From Toensbergia leucococca (lineage: Eukaryota): a DNA stretch of 64,000 bases. Numbering within the stretch: position 1 is the stretch's first letter; each line of letters begins with the position of its first letter. A program made the position numbers and the translations under genes. Of this stretch, positions 1 through 14,342 are shown one piece after another. Below the pieces are notes generated by a model. That model did no database searches. It worked only from the letters and a program-made list of their open reading frames with translations, and was not told where the DNA came from. The stretch covers positions 1-64,000 of the forward strand of contig JALDZS010000023.1 of NCBI GenBank assembly GCA_022813965.1, in the 5' to 3' direction.

Positions 1-3000
1 GATTTCATCCAGGGCAATGAGCGTGGAGTCCTATTCAAAGGAAACGTAGGGACATCTTCATCTAGCATTTGACTCGAATCGATTTCATCACTATGTCCAG
101 TAAGGTCGATGACTCCTTGTGATAGGGATACAGAGCTTGACAAAGAAGACTTCCGAGTGCCGTTGTTTGATAGCTCAGGATCCAAGGTGCTCGATAGCTT
201 CTGATCAACAAAAGCGGTCTTGTTCTTCATGCCGTAATGCTGCGGTGAGTGTTCGATCATAGGCTTTGGCGAAGGAGACTTATGACTTGCGACATTTGCC
301 TCTGAAGAGTTTGGCAGAGTTTCCGGAGTCCGCTCTAACTGATTATCACAGCCTTTCAAATCACTATTATGATCGTGCTGTGTGTACTCGAGCACAGGGG
401 CCTTGGAAGAGAGCCTGTAACTTTCATTAGTGATGCTAGAAGGCTTTGATAGAATCATCGGTGTATGGTCCAATCCATCGTTGTTTGAACCAATTGTATT
501 GCCATTCTGTAAATACTTAGGTGTCGGGCTCGCCGACGTGGGTTTCCGCTTTTCAATGTGAGTCATTATAGGGATAGTTGAGGCTTCCGATGTCAAATCC
601 AGTCCACCGCGATCGGGTTCAGAATACACAGGCAGCTCCTGCTGTGAGTGGTTGGGTAGAGGACTTGATGAAGGTGGGGTTTGACTTTCAAAACTGATCC
701 TCCTCACTGACCTCGATGGGCTTCTCAGTTTTTGTTCAGGCGCTCGTGGATCAACTCTCAAATCAACAAGCCTTTGAGGCACAGACCGATTTTCCGTACT
801 GTCGGAAACGTCACATTCTAGGGCGAACACTTCTCCAAGATTTCCTGGTGTAATAATGCGGCTCGAATACTTTCTTTCATCAACCTCGTTGTGGTAATAT
901 CGCTCGTAAGGAATGGGATCCTCAACTATCTCGGTACAATACTGCAAGTATTGAGGATACTCAGTCTTGTGTCTTATGATAAAATCATCCCATAGTGATC
1001 GGTGTTCCATATGGTCATTCTCAACAAGGATCTTGATCTTCTTGGAGATGGCGATAAAATGCTTTACATCCCCAGAGTACTCGGGATAAGCGTTCTTAAA
1101 TCGATGGTAGATGTCAAGAGGAGGAGAAAGAGATACATGATCGGCCGGCATCTCTGGTAAGAAGCTCACCTGGTCGTCTGTTGTGGTCTCTTTTATTTCA
1201 ACATCCATGACGGTCAGGCCCGAATTCACAATGGGTTGTCCTGTCTGAGCCAGCTGTGCATTTTGAATCGCTCCGTCATCTGTAGGATCAGCAGCTGGTG
1301 TGGCCCGAGCATCTTGCTTTGTAGATCTGGCGGACTCTGAATCAGTTTCGTTGCATTGTCGGTCTGACCCAATTAGCCCATTCATCTCTTGAAATGTTCC
1401 CTTATCTAAGTCGACTGGCGGAATTATTTCTCCTGGGGCGACCTCCTCCACGCCAGACCTGCCTTTTGTACTATCATCTCGATGATAAGAACCGTCCTTC
1501 TGAAATACAGAGGATTCTGGACGCCACTCCACGTATGGACGGGTTACATCCGTGGCATTCTCAGCCAGATCAAGTGTTGATTCTGGATTATCGTCATGAT
1601 GAGGCACAGATTGTTCCCCGAACGGGGACAAAGACTGACGCTGGTCATTAGATAAGCTCATTGCATCCGACAACTTCTCTTCTAGAGGATGTATAGGCTC
1701 TACATTATCGCTAAGATGAGGCTCCGAATCTTTCTCGACTGGAAGCAACAGCTGAGGGTCGCCATCAGATTCTATTACGTTGAATGCATTCTCCTCCACA
1801 ACAGGCTCAATCTCGATTCTATCGCCACACGGAGAGTCCTGGGATGGAAGGGCGTCCTGATGCATGTCACTAAATGCATCCAATGCAGCAAAAGTTGTTT
1901 CCTCTAACCTGTACGTCGGTTCTAGATCGTCATTGGGGCGAGGCGCAGGATTCTCTGTTGATGGAAGCAAGAGCTGAAAATCAGCGTCAGACAGGCTCCT
2001 TGTCTCTAGGTCTTTCTTTTCTGTGCTTTGCAACGTTGTGAGAACATCATCAATGTGAGGAGCGGGATGCTCAGAGAGAGAATGAAGCAAGGCCTGATCG
2101 TCAAGATCAGACAGGCCCATTGCATTCAAGGCCTTGGTCTCCATCTCATGCGTTGCTTCTAGATCATCGGTGAGATATGATTCAGAAATTGATGTGGATT
2201 GAAGCAAGTTCTGGGGTTCAGTGTTAGATTGGCTTAGTGCATTGGGAGCATTGTTCTTTGAATTAGTAATTGAGTCAAGATGATCCTCGATAAAGGGTGT
2301 AGATCCCTTCCTAGGTGGAAGGAGTCGTTGGTGCGTTCCTTCGGATGAGCTGAATATATCCGAAGCTTTTCCTTCCGTTACTTCAGTTTCTCCTCTGGGG
2401 GTTGATATTGAATCTCTCCGTGCCGCAAGAAATTCTCGGCGATATTGCTGGGCGAGAAATGATGGATCCTGGATGTGATGTTGGTCTTGACTAAACAATG
2501 GAGTAGAGGATGCTTTTAGATGCTTTCGGCGCTTCGTGACATTCGGAGGAAGTTGCTCAAATTCTGGAGCTTTACGCTTTGTTTCTCGGTCGCCGTAATA
2601 CATTGTCAAGGTAGGTTTCAATTCTTGGGATTGCGTAGCAAGCGGCTGCGGTGAATCGCATACACCCCAAGATGTAATTTCTGCAGCAATGATGTCCTTG
2701 TCTTGAGGTGGGCTAACATCGCGAATTCTCTGAGATTGACTATCGATCTGGAGCTGGATATCTTCACTAACAACTTCACGCTCGGATTCACCATCAATGC
2801 TGGACGGCGCCATATACAAAGTCGTCCGAATTGTACCTACCTGAACGCCGGTGTTATCAGGGATGACCGAATCTGATAATGCTACGTCGAGTGGAATCTT
2901 TGAGACCAGTCTCGAGGATTGAGAAGCTGGTACGGCTATTTCTGAGGGTTTCTTGACTTTCCTAGAGTGCCATGACTTGCTTGCGTGCTCTCCATGCTGT

Positions 3001-5859
3001 CCTTTGGAGATAGAGCCCTTCCTTGTCTTAGTATTTATTTTTGAGAGACTTCCATTCGTTTCTCTTTCTTGCGAAGTTCCACTTGGACTAGATCCGTTGA
3101 TCNNNNNGACCCGTTGATCTTTGTTGAAGGCGATGCGATGAAGGAGGAGCCCAGACTAGGAAGTCGGTGGCCCTTTTCGTTGCTGTATGGGGTCCTTTTA
3201 ACTTGCAGGACTGACTCTGTCTGCTGCGTAGCAGTAGAAGGAACTTGCGAGAGTGGCGCTCCGTTCTCCTCGTATATATTCTTCGCTCTGTCACTGAGGG
3301 CGTGAGGGATTGTAGTCTCTAATTCTGAGTCAAAGCTTGCTGACGGCTCATCATTAAGAAGAGGAACAGCGGTATTCCGCCGCGGAGAGTCAATATGGTT
3401 AGTGACCATGCTATGCGTGAAACTTTTTTCACCGAATTGGAGGTCGGACTGAGACTGTTGCTCAACGTAACGGCTTTGCGGAACTTGTTCGGAGACGAAC
3501 GGATCGGGAGATCTTAGATACTCGTGATCTGGACTTGATGGCTTTCCTATTACTTCTATTCGTTGAAGATGCTCTGGCCAGTGAGTCATAGAGCTGTCAT
3601 GCTTTTGTTGCGTGGCAATTGTCGTAAGTCCTGTAAGAGGTTGGTCACCGTCAATCGACATGTAAGTATTATCGTCTGCACGATTAATCTGGTGCTGATC
3701 GAGGCCCCTGGGAGGAGAGGAACAAGGTGAATGCTGTTTATGAAGAGTCACCTCCGTAGGCGTAGTGAATCGCTTTCCGCATACAGCGCACGCAAACCCG
3801 TGGTCATTCATTGAGATCTTTAGCTTGACAGAACTATCAATAGTGGTACTGTCTCCTCCCAAGGCGGAGCTGACGTTGTGGATACGCTACAGCAGTCAGC
3901 TAAAATCTATGCTAATACGTTTAAGACAGAGGAACATTCTTACGTTTATATGCTGTTTCAGCCCTGGACTATTCTTATAAGATTTCACGCATCCGTGGAC
4001 AGGACATCTGAATGGCCGAGGTTCTTCACCGGCGGAAGTGTGTACAAGGCTAGGTGAGCTACGAGCAGTCATTTGCGCAGAGGACTTCCGTCGAAGAAGT
4101 TTTCGCAATGGCCTGTCTGAGCTTGAAGATATCAGTGTTTCTGATAACCTTCGCTTTGTGGAATCCTCTGTGTTAGATGTAGCGGCTGGCAGAACGTGGA
4201 TTAACTCTACTCTCCTTTCACTCTCATGATCTCGGTCTTCGTGCTCGATGCTACTGTCTGGAGGAAGCAAAGTGAGTGCTTGCCGAGGGGAAGGTGTGGG
4301 TGACCATGAAGAAATTGGCACATCAGAATCCACATCTTTCTTGCTATCATTTTCAGCATCAGAAAATGGTTTGCTTCGCTGATGCTGTAGCTCCTCTGCG
4401 GGTACTTGGTCTGGGTCTTTACTTTTCAGGGTCCGCATTGACCGAGTTGCACGACGTTCAGCTTGAGCGTTCAGAGACTGGAGGATCTTCACTGGAACGT
4501 TTGCGACTGGACCTCTTGTGCCAGGTTCAGGGGGAAGGAATGCTAGTATAGTTACTCATGATCTCAAATCGTACAGCGACGAGACAATATAAGTAAGAGC
4601 GAAAGTGAAAGACTGAGTACTTACAGTCTGGACGGTCTAACAAAGCCTGCTGATTCTTCGGAATTGTAACCTCTCTGTGAGAGATTCGTGTCTTAACCTG
4701 ATAGAAGATCAATATCCGCGAATAGCAAGCATATTCAGCTAACACACCTTACGGGGTTGGTGGTCAAGATCTTCTACAGGTTTTGGGTTTACTATATCTC
4801 TATTCAGTGTACCAATTCCCTCTATAACACTGGGTAAACGACGAGGAGTATGATCTGCTGCAACACCGTTCGCCGTTGAAACGATCTTCGATGGACCGAT
4901 TGAGATGTCAGCTTTTTGGAGCAAGTCCAAAAGACCCCGTCCGCCATTCATTTTTTTTGGCGTAGATATCCTTACACGATTAAACTGAGGATCTCGTGGT
5001 TCGTCCGATTTAGCTCCATTGCTCATCAGTCTAGAGCTATCGTTTGCCAGAGCTCGAGTAACAGCCGACTTTTGTCGACTTTGGGACCTAGATTCATTCA
5101 CGGCCTTCTGCACAGAAGCTATAGAACCATTCACCGAGTATTCAACTCTAGGCTTGAACTGTGGTGCCTGCGTTGCGAATGGTACTTGGGTGCTGATAGG
5201 ACTGCCATTAATTGAGTAGCCACTATCAATCTGCGATTGGACAGGTGAACCTTCCCCTAAGCTTCCTCGCTCTGTTTGTAATTGACTGTCAGTAAACTCC
5301 TGAGTACGAAGAAATCGAAGCTGCTCTATCAATTTTACAGTTTCTGGCCAGGAGTCCATGATAGCGCGTGGATGGCCAAACATGACAGATCCTTCGCTCC
5401 CGATGCTTTTAAATTCTTTGATGAGAAGCGTGACTCGAGATGGTCTCGGCCCCAAGTGCGTAGCAACAATCTCGAAACTAAGAATTTGAACTAGACCGCC
5501 AAGGGTCCCCTCGGTGACTCGTTTCCTCTTTTCCGTCTTGAATTTACGAGCTGCCGAGGACGCTATAGTGGCTTTCATGGCCGTAGTCTTGTCCGAAATG
5601 TGGACCTGTATGGGGTCCTCAAAGGTCTCAAACTGACATTACGCATCAGAACATGGAGAAGGAATAAGGGTTAAATGCAAACCTTGATGATCTGAACCAC
5701 CCCCGATCTTGATGACATAACTCTGAGGTTGCTTCCATCATCCTCATACGGGATACTCTTGATATGTTGGGAGTCAATCGAAGGCTTTGTTCGCAGCTGC
5801 AAGACTGCGCTGAGTTCTCGTTCAACCGTTGATCCTAGCCATTCCTTCAAGACATCCAT
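1..5859 (-). CDS. TPP1/Est3-like (shelterin OB-fold) large protein with C2H2 fingers; 3' end runs off the window
   Basis: Exons 5859-5683, 5632-4748, 4697-4625, 4542-3944, 3886-<1 with GT-AG introns. N-terminus MDVLKEWL...VQIIKF...ISDKTTAMKATIAS...GGLVQILSFEIV resembles the Est3/TPP1 OB fold; also IPKNQQALLDRPDSFLPPEPG and IYHRFKNAYPEYSGD...SLWDDFIIRH blocks. Frame is restored across the N-gap at 3103-3107 if the duplicated 12-mer is collapsed. Family call is from motif recall. Confidence 0.7.
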
Positions 5860-6522
5860 GCCTGTGTGCAGACAGCCGGTCTTCGACTCAATTTCTTCGA
5901 GCCCAGATTGATTTCTTTGTGCACAAATAACATTCTAGAGACGTCAACGGGGTGAAGGAAGCCTTGGTCATCAGTCTGGAGGTCGGGGGAAAGGTTCAAT
6001 TTTACGAAGGATTTATTGAAGGCTAGGGCTGTACAGGAAGCCTACACGGGTGTTAGTAGAGCCATAGCGAAGGCCACCGCAGTCTCTGGAGAAATACAGA
6101 TGTTTAGAGCAGTGAAGTCCAAATGAATGAGGTACCTACAGTTAACGCGCTTCAAGTGAGTTTGATGAAGACGTGAAAATTAGTGGGGCTTGATGCATGC
6201 CAAGCATCTTCGTAGGCGCGATAAACGAAGTGGCACCTGGTGGCACTGGCATTTTACTCCGTAGCGACGACTATCTCTGTCAAACCCAACGCCCACAAGT
6301 GGCAGACTGATCACCGAGACTGAGGACGGTGGCACTTGGTTATCAAAGTAATGTGGTCGCTCTACCCCATTACGTTGAAGACGTGGCGAGCAGCAATGCA
6401 CTTCTGTTTGACTTGATGTTTTGGTGAATATCACCTTCATGCAGCAAGGCTACATGACTAATAGGTCTCTAGGGTAGCTCTCTTGCTCACTACCATGTGT
6501 ACAATACTTTCACCTTCGAACC

Positions 6523-9500
6523 ATGACTTCTAAGCTCGTACAGGGTACCGAAAGCCCTCCCCATTCATCTCTATCATTCCCTATACTGCGACATTCTCGC
6601 CGTGGCTCTCTTGCATCTCTATCCGCCGCTTCACAAATCGACAAGGATACTCTTGCCCAAGCTCTAGACCATATCCACCTTACGGCATCCCAGACCGAGA
6701 CTTTGACTACCTTTAACGAGTACACATCGCCTCCATCTTCATCCTCTGGTCCGGAGGGAAAGGGGATTGCAAGTGAGCTTCAAGGGGGCTTAAGCGGGCT
6801 CTATAGCAGATTTCGAGCATCAGTGGGAGGAGTCAGAGATATTGTTGGAGGAGGTGTTCTGGTCGGCGAAGACACGAGCATCGAAAGCTTACCGATCAAG
6901 GCGCCTGGGGCATTTTCTCCTACCCCAACACCCTCTACCAAGCCGTCTTTCAGCTCGGTGAAATTCTCCAATCCATCTGCCCCAACTCTCGATTCAGACC
7001 ATCAGGTCCATTTTCCTTCAGACAGCATTCCTGGCGAGACACACCCACCCTCGAGGGACCAAGTACGATCTACCAAAACTCTCAAGGCTATATCGGGATC
7101 AACAGGTCCTTCTACAAAGATCTCTCTAGCTTCTAATTCTTCTTTGAAACCTCCACTCGGGCCTTTGACGCAGGCTAATACACCGACTGGTGTTGGACCG
7201 GCCCTAGCTGAAGTCAATATAAGTGCTGCAAGGGAATATGACTCACGTAGCGATGCAATGTCAGGCGGCAACAATATCGGCTTCGCGGTCGGCTCCTTTT
7301 CATCCGGCGGCACACGAACGGATGACCCCCAGACAGTCGACCGCCTGAGATTGGCAAACGTGGGATCAGAATACTTAGGCAACCGGGGACCAGTCGACTC
7401 AAGCACGCATGAGGGTAAGATAAGCAGTGTTCACTCATCTCGAGCATCGACACCAATAGTCCCGCGCTCGGCATCTTCCTTTATACGTAATCATGATTCG
7501 AATTCAATCAAAGACCTTCCATCTAGCTATATGAACCGGCCTCCGGCAAACGAAGATAGCGCTATTCGAGACCCTGATGCTGTTACTATAGATGAAACTG
7601 CTCATCACTTGCAACGTAGATCCAGTACGATCCAGGTTCCGGCCGAGGGTCTCGGAAGTACCGTTGCTCCTAGCACTTCTCAGAAGGAATATCTTCAAGA
7701 AGGTAGCATAGAAGGTACGAAAAAAGACCAACACGCTGAGCATAATCCGAGCAAGTCATTGGCGTCGCCAAACGTGCGGCAATCTTGCCCTCCTGATGTG
7801 AGCCTATCTCGAGCATCGTCTTCAGACAATGCAGAATCGAGTAACATTGGCACTCCGACATACAGTCAATCAAACGAAGACTTGATCGTATTTGACGGAT
7901 CTCGTGGCCAGAAATCCTCACAGATCCGAGCTTCTGAGGCGATAGTCCAGGATACCGACCCGAGGACGATGAGTGTAGTCCTGTCTCAGATTAGAAGTAA
8001 GGTATTGAGCAAGGAATTTTGGATGAGAGACGAGAATGCGAGGGACTGTTTTTATTGTGGGGACACGTTCTCAACATTTCGTAGAAAACATCATTGCCGT
8101 GAGTATTTCTACATGAGAATCGTTCTGGTGGCTATCGAGTTCAGCAGCTGACTAAGAATTTTTAGGACTTTGTGGTCAGATTTTTGACGCAAAGTGCATG
8201 TCTCTCGTCTCTGGAACACAATTCGGTCAATCAGGATCATTGCGTGTATGCAAGCAATGCGAAGGCATAATAAATGGATACGACGATTCCTCTGAATTCT
8301 CAGATGATGCTAACTTTCCAACACCAGTATTGAGACCTAGACATGGTTCAAGGGGCGGTAGTGATATTATACCTGTTTCGCCTTTTCCAAAAGCTGGTCC
8401 CGCTACTGGCCATGAGCCTCACCGACCCCCAAAACAGCCTGATCTCGCAGTGCCTACCATGGCTATCCCAGCAACTCGGAGAGTTGGTGATGAATCCAGT
8501 CGAAGACCGGCAGTCTTAGAAATTGACGCCGAGCATACCCTTGCTCGACCGTCTTCGTCTCGGTCGTTGAAGGCGTCGTTTGGAATAAGGCCTCACCCAT
8601 CTAGTCACAAACGCCACTATTCTCGTTTCCAACATCAACGAAGCTTTAAGCCAGTCAGTGAGGATAGTGCCCCATTTCACCGCAACCCCGCGGATGAAAG
8701 GGGAGAAGAAAGTCGGCTGCCAGTATTTCACGATGACAACATCATCGACCCCGACCTGGCTCCGTTTCTGTCGGACGAAGGGTCAAGTGGTGATGAGCAG
8801 GTCAGCATTATGACAGCTATGAATGGTGATGGTATGTCTAGAAGCCTTGAGAATGACAGAAACGGCTTGAGTGGACTTCTTGCCTCTTCAAAAAAGGGGA
8901 GATCTAGAGTAGGGGATAAGAGCATCAATGGCATGGCTAGCCGAGACCCCGATAACGCCAGCTTGACCAGTTCGCGAATGATGAACGTTCCTCGAAATCC
9001 CAAAAGGCGTAATCTGAGTGTTTCTAGCAACGTTCATCTGAGGCCATCTCCAAGAGCCTACAGAGGCAGTACAGCATTACCGACGTTCGGCCTGAATTTG
9101 CATGAGAGTATGAGCAGCTCAGCGCTTGCTCAAATGAGCTCATCAAGCAACCCCGTATCTGGCTCACGCATGATTAGAAGCTCGTCTATGAAAGGCGCTG
9201 ATGCGCCGGCTCTCGAGTTGAACAATGCAAGCCTCCAGCATGTCCGTAAACTACTACACCAGCTATTGAAAGACGCGAATCTGCCAAGTATTGCCAGCTG
9301 GGAAAAGGCATTAATCCCCATTTTGCTGCAGGCCACGGATGACGTGAATCCCAACGTTCAAAATGGGGATGATATTGACATTCGGCATTATGTCAAAATC
9401 AAAAAGATATCCGGTGGTCGGCCTGGTGATACGTCTTATGTTTCTGGACTTGTCTTTACAAAGAACCTGGCGCTGAAGAGCATGTCTCGAAGTATATCCC

Positions 9501-12500
9501 ATCCTAACATTCTCATCTTGAATTTTGCTCTGGAGTATACCCGACATCAACAACACTTCATGAGCTTGGAACCGGTAATTCGCCAAGAGCGAGAGTTTTT
9601 GCAGAATCTTGTCAACCGTATCGCTGCCCTACGTCCTCAGCTGCTGCTCGTTCAACGAAACGTGGCGGGTCTCGCACTCAACTTCTTGGAACAGGCAAAC
9701 ATAGCCACAGCTTGCAACGTCAAAGCGTCTGTATTAGAGGCTGTATCCCGCTGTACTCAAACCCGTATCATCTCCTCTATTGATAAATTGGCTATCAAGC
9801 CTGCACAAGCAGGTAAATGTGCGAACTTCCATCTCAAGACCTATGTCCATGGGGGCAGGAAAAAGACATACATGCATTTGCTGGGATGTCCAAAAGAACT
9901 CGGATGTACCATTGTACTTCGAGGTGCTAAAAACGAAACATTGGCAAAAGTAAAGCAAATTATGGAATTTATGGTGTACGTAGTTTACAACCTGAAGCTC
10001 GAAACATGCCTAATGAGGGATGAATTTGCCTTGATTCCATCCTCTCCAAGAGCGAGACCGCAGTCAGGTCTTAAAATGAGCGAGGAAAAGACGCCTGATG
10101 CAAGGATAACGATTCCCAAGCCGGCAACTACCATCGATGCTCCAGTAAAGACCAGTGAGTCTATTTTGGATGACAAAACCAGCTCTAACCAGGACTCGGC
10201 TCAATTGCCAGACGGACGTGTTTTAGATGGCGAGAAGCCTATCTTATCGCAGCTCGAACAGATTGATACGGGCGTAGCGAATAATTCAGAGCAGCAAGAA
10301 GACATTCCAGTGGCAAGCTTTTACGGCGATATGGTTGAAGAGCACAGCACCAAAATACTTTCTGCCTCCCCGTTTGTTAGGTTTACGCAGCCGTACCTGC
10401 TCATGAGAGCCAGGGAGCAAGAAAGACGTCTGCTCCATCTTAAACGTTTACGCGACCTGGACATCTTGGAAGAGCAGGATGTGAGCGACACACCCAAGCC
10501 TCAAAAGTTCGATCTGATCAAGCCTGAAATGGTACACGAAACGGTCCGAGGTGCTTCGAAGAAGGTACGCGAGGTACTGCATGCAGTACACGACGCGGAG
10601 TACGACAAAGCCCTCCATATATACCAGACCCAGAAAAAGCAGTGGGAAGCTTATATTGCGAGTAATATTAATTTATTTGATCCCTACGCACATCAAAACA
10701 TTGCTGTCTTATACAGCGTAGTATGCACTGTGACTACGGTTCCCTGTTCTGGTCCGGATCTGCTCGCTTTGGCTTTCTACAATGAACACGAGACTGACGA
10801 GAATTTTGAGGCGGACTGCACATTGGGACAGTACGTGGAAGATTTGTGTCTGGGAGCTAACACTGTCTGTACTGCTAATGGCTGCGAAAGAAAAATGTTT
10901 GACCACCACCGTCAATACGTCCATGGAGAAGCTCAGCTCAGCGTCTTTGTCCAGCACTATCCTTGTAAACTTCGAGGCCTTCAAGAGACGATTTTGATGT
11001 GGAGTTGCTGCAGGATCTGTGGGAAGGAAACCCAAGTCATGCCCATGTCTGAAAGTACATGGAAGTATTCCTTCGGTAAATATTTGGAATTATCCTTTTG
11101 GAGCAGCGACTTGTACGCTCGCGCTGATGTATGTCCTCACGACCTTCATCGAAACCACTTGAGATACTTTGGATTTAAGGATGTAGCCCTACGTGTCCAT
11201 TACGATGTAATCAGTCTTCTCGAGATCATTGTGCCCAGAACTAGGATTACGTGGGAAGTGGACAACGACCTTCGTTTCAAGAATGACTTGTTTACTAAGA
11301 CCGAGGAACGGCTCAATCGATTCATGTTGTCGGTCAAGGCTCGTATAAGGAGCATCAAGGTCGAAAGCGTTATACCGGAGAAGACTGAGCCTTGCAAAGC
11401 CGAAATTGATAAGCTTATGAAGCGTGCCAACGATGAGCACCATGCTCTTAATCGTAACCTTCAAGACAAATACATGAATTCGAAGTACTACGAGATTATT
11501 CCGTTGAACCGCGTTGTGAGAGCAACCCAAGAAAAGGTTGCTGACTGGGACAATGCTTTTGCAGACTTCGACCGCAATTTCTTTCCTTCTGAAAAGGATA
11601 TTAGGCGATTGGCAACTCTTCAGCTGAAAAAGATCTTTCTAGACCGAGATGATTCGGTCTCATCTCTCAGCTCCACAGATGAAGGAACTAGTGCCTCACT
11701 TTCCGACGAGGACTTGACAGCAAAAACATCACCTGATGATACACCAGTATTGACACCTCAGACGCGGACCTTGTCTCCCGAAAAGACGCACGATATGCTA
11801 ACGTCTGTGGTCCAAGAAAACACGACTACTGATAGCTCTTTGGAGAATAAGCTGCCAGATCATCATAGAAGTGCTCCTCCTACATCAATTCCAGCAACCA
11901 ATCCTGAAACCATGCAGGCTTCACAGCCGCACTCGGAAAAGGAAGACGTGCGGCATCTGGATCTTGCAAATTTCTCAGAAGGAATGTCAGACGGGTCCAG
12001 ACCGTTCCTTCTCAACCCTCATTCTAACAAACCTGATGCTAAAACAGAACCACTACGCGCAGATCATCAATTTGAGAAAGCGTCCCACGCAACCCCAAGC
12101 ATAGTTGAGCCTAACAGCGACACCGAAGCTGGCGTTACTGGTGCTGCGCTTTCAAGAGATTTTGCTGCTCCAACACCCATTCGCAGCTCGGGGATTCCCC
12201 GACCCCAAGAACTAAATCTCCGTCAAGTGGGGCTAATTGTGTCGCCAACGTTGAACCGCGCTCATTCCCAGCCCAGTCATGTCCAGGCAGACAGAACAGC
12301 CAATAGTAGTAATCAACCAACATCTCAAAATGCAGATCTCGGCACCTCGACAAAATCCTTGGACGAACCCCTGAACGCAGTCTTGTCAGATAGCGCAGCG
12401 AGAAATGGAGAGAAAAAACTCTCTGATCGGTTGGGGCTTAACACGTTAAAAGCTGGCGGTGTCTCTGCTCACTCGATGATACCTCGTTCAATTGCTACTA

Positions 12501-14342
12501 GACGCAAAGAATCGAGGGTATTCACTCTCGCTAAGCATTTTGAGCAATTGAGTCGTGAATTTGAAAAAGAACGCCTTCGCGAGAGACGCCAGCGCGCTGC
12601 AAAGAGTAGACAAGCTAGAGCATATCCTATGGCAATATCGAAGCCAATAGTAGAGATCTATCGCAACGTGCATGAAGCCGTCGAGGAGCGAGAGCCGTCT
12701 GACGAGGAGCTTTTGGCACCGGAGCCATCTCACGAGAATCATGAAGAAACTCCTGCCACTATTGATCACATGGCCCAGAACACAACGTCACAGACCCAAG
12801 GCGAGGGTTTTCATGCCGAGAATACTACAGCCGAGACCACCGAGACCGATGACAACCCGCGTTTTGAAAGTCCCGTTGGATCTGATGTGGAGGCTGAAGG
12901 GGACCGAAGCGATGAAGATCACTCTCTCTTGGATGATATTCCTAGTACTGGGGTCACGGAAGAACACACCGAAAATTCGCCTGCCGAGTCTCCTATGGAC
13001 TTGAAGCTGGATCTACCTAAACATGAGAAAAGCTCTTTGATAAAGCTGCTAACAAATTTCTGGGCTGAAAGATCCGCTAGTGGCTGGCAGGCGTTAGAGT
13101 ACCCGCTCAATGCATCCGATCATATATTTGCAGACTCAGACGTTATTGTTCGAGAAGATGAACCCAGCTCACTAATCGCCTTCGCTCTGGGATCAGAAGA
13201 TTACAAAGCCAAGCTTCGAAGTATCTACGAAAAAAACAAAGGTCTCCAGGGTCAGCTCGAGAAGACGGCGTGTCCAGACCCATTGCTCACTCCTGAGGAG
13301 CAAATTGAAGTGGAGCGATCTCTGTTGAGATCGACAGGTACACATCTCAAGTATCAATTCCAGGAGGGCTCGGCGAAGATGCTATGCAAAATCTTCTATG
13401 CCGAGCAATTCGAAGCAGTCCGCAGGAAATGTGGGGTTACAGAACGAATCGTAGAATCTCTGTCCCGTTGCCTGAAATGGGATTCCAAAGGCGGCAAGAC
13501 AAAGTCCGTTTTCCTCAAAACGCTGGATGATCGACTAGTCCTCAAGTCATTGTCTCAGATTGAAACGCAAGCATTTCTCCGTTTCGCTCCAGCATACTTC
13601 CAAATCATGTCCGAAGCTCTCTTCCACGAGCTCCCATCCGTCATTGCCAAGATGCTCGGCTTCTATCAAATCATCATCAAGAATCCCGTCACCGGCGTGG
13701 AATTCAATTGGTTCCTCCTCGTAATGGAAAACCTCTTCTATGATCGCTCCCCAACCCGCATCTTCGATCTCAAAGGCTCAATGCGAAACCGCAGGATCCA
13801 ATCCACCGGCGAGCAGAACGAGGTGTTGCTCGACGAAAACATGGTCGAATTCATCTACGAATCCCCCCTCTTCTCGCGCGAGCACTCCAAGAAACTTCTC
13901 CGCGCGAGCGTCTGGAACGATACTCTCTTCCTCGCACGGCAAAACGTCATGGACTACTCTCTCATGATTGCCATTGACGAGGACCGGAAGGAGCTGGTCG
14001 TCGGTATTATCGACTGCATCCGCACGTATACGTGGGACAAGAAACTGGAGTCGTGGATCAAAGACCGAGGTAAGAATCGGCCTACGGTGACAAGCCCCAG
14101 GGACTACAAATCGAGGTTCAGGGAAGCTATGGGGCGGTATGTCCTCCAGGCGCCGAAGTAAGTTTTGCGTTTGCCACTCCCTGAATCCGAGTTCCTCCTT
14201 GCTTTGACACTGACTGATTCTGGAATATAGCTGCTGGCATCAATTCCAGGCGCAGCAGATGGAGAAGCGCCATTTCAGGATCGATGAACGATTGCAGGGT
14301 CAGGAGGGAGGGACGGATGGAGAGGTCGCCGTCGGGATCTGA
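6523..14342 (+). CDS. FAB1: 1-phosphatidylinositol-3-phosphate 5-kinase (Fab1/PIKfyve)
   Basis: FYVE finger (WMRDENARDCFYC...RRKHHCRLCGQIF) across intron 8099-8165, Cpn60/TCP1-like domain, PIPK domain (GGKTKS, DLKGS, MDYSL, IIDCIRTYTWDK). Last intron 14158-14230, stop TGA 14340-14342. Confidence 0.97.
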
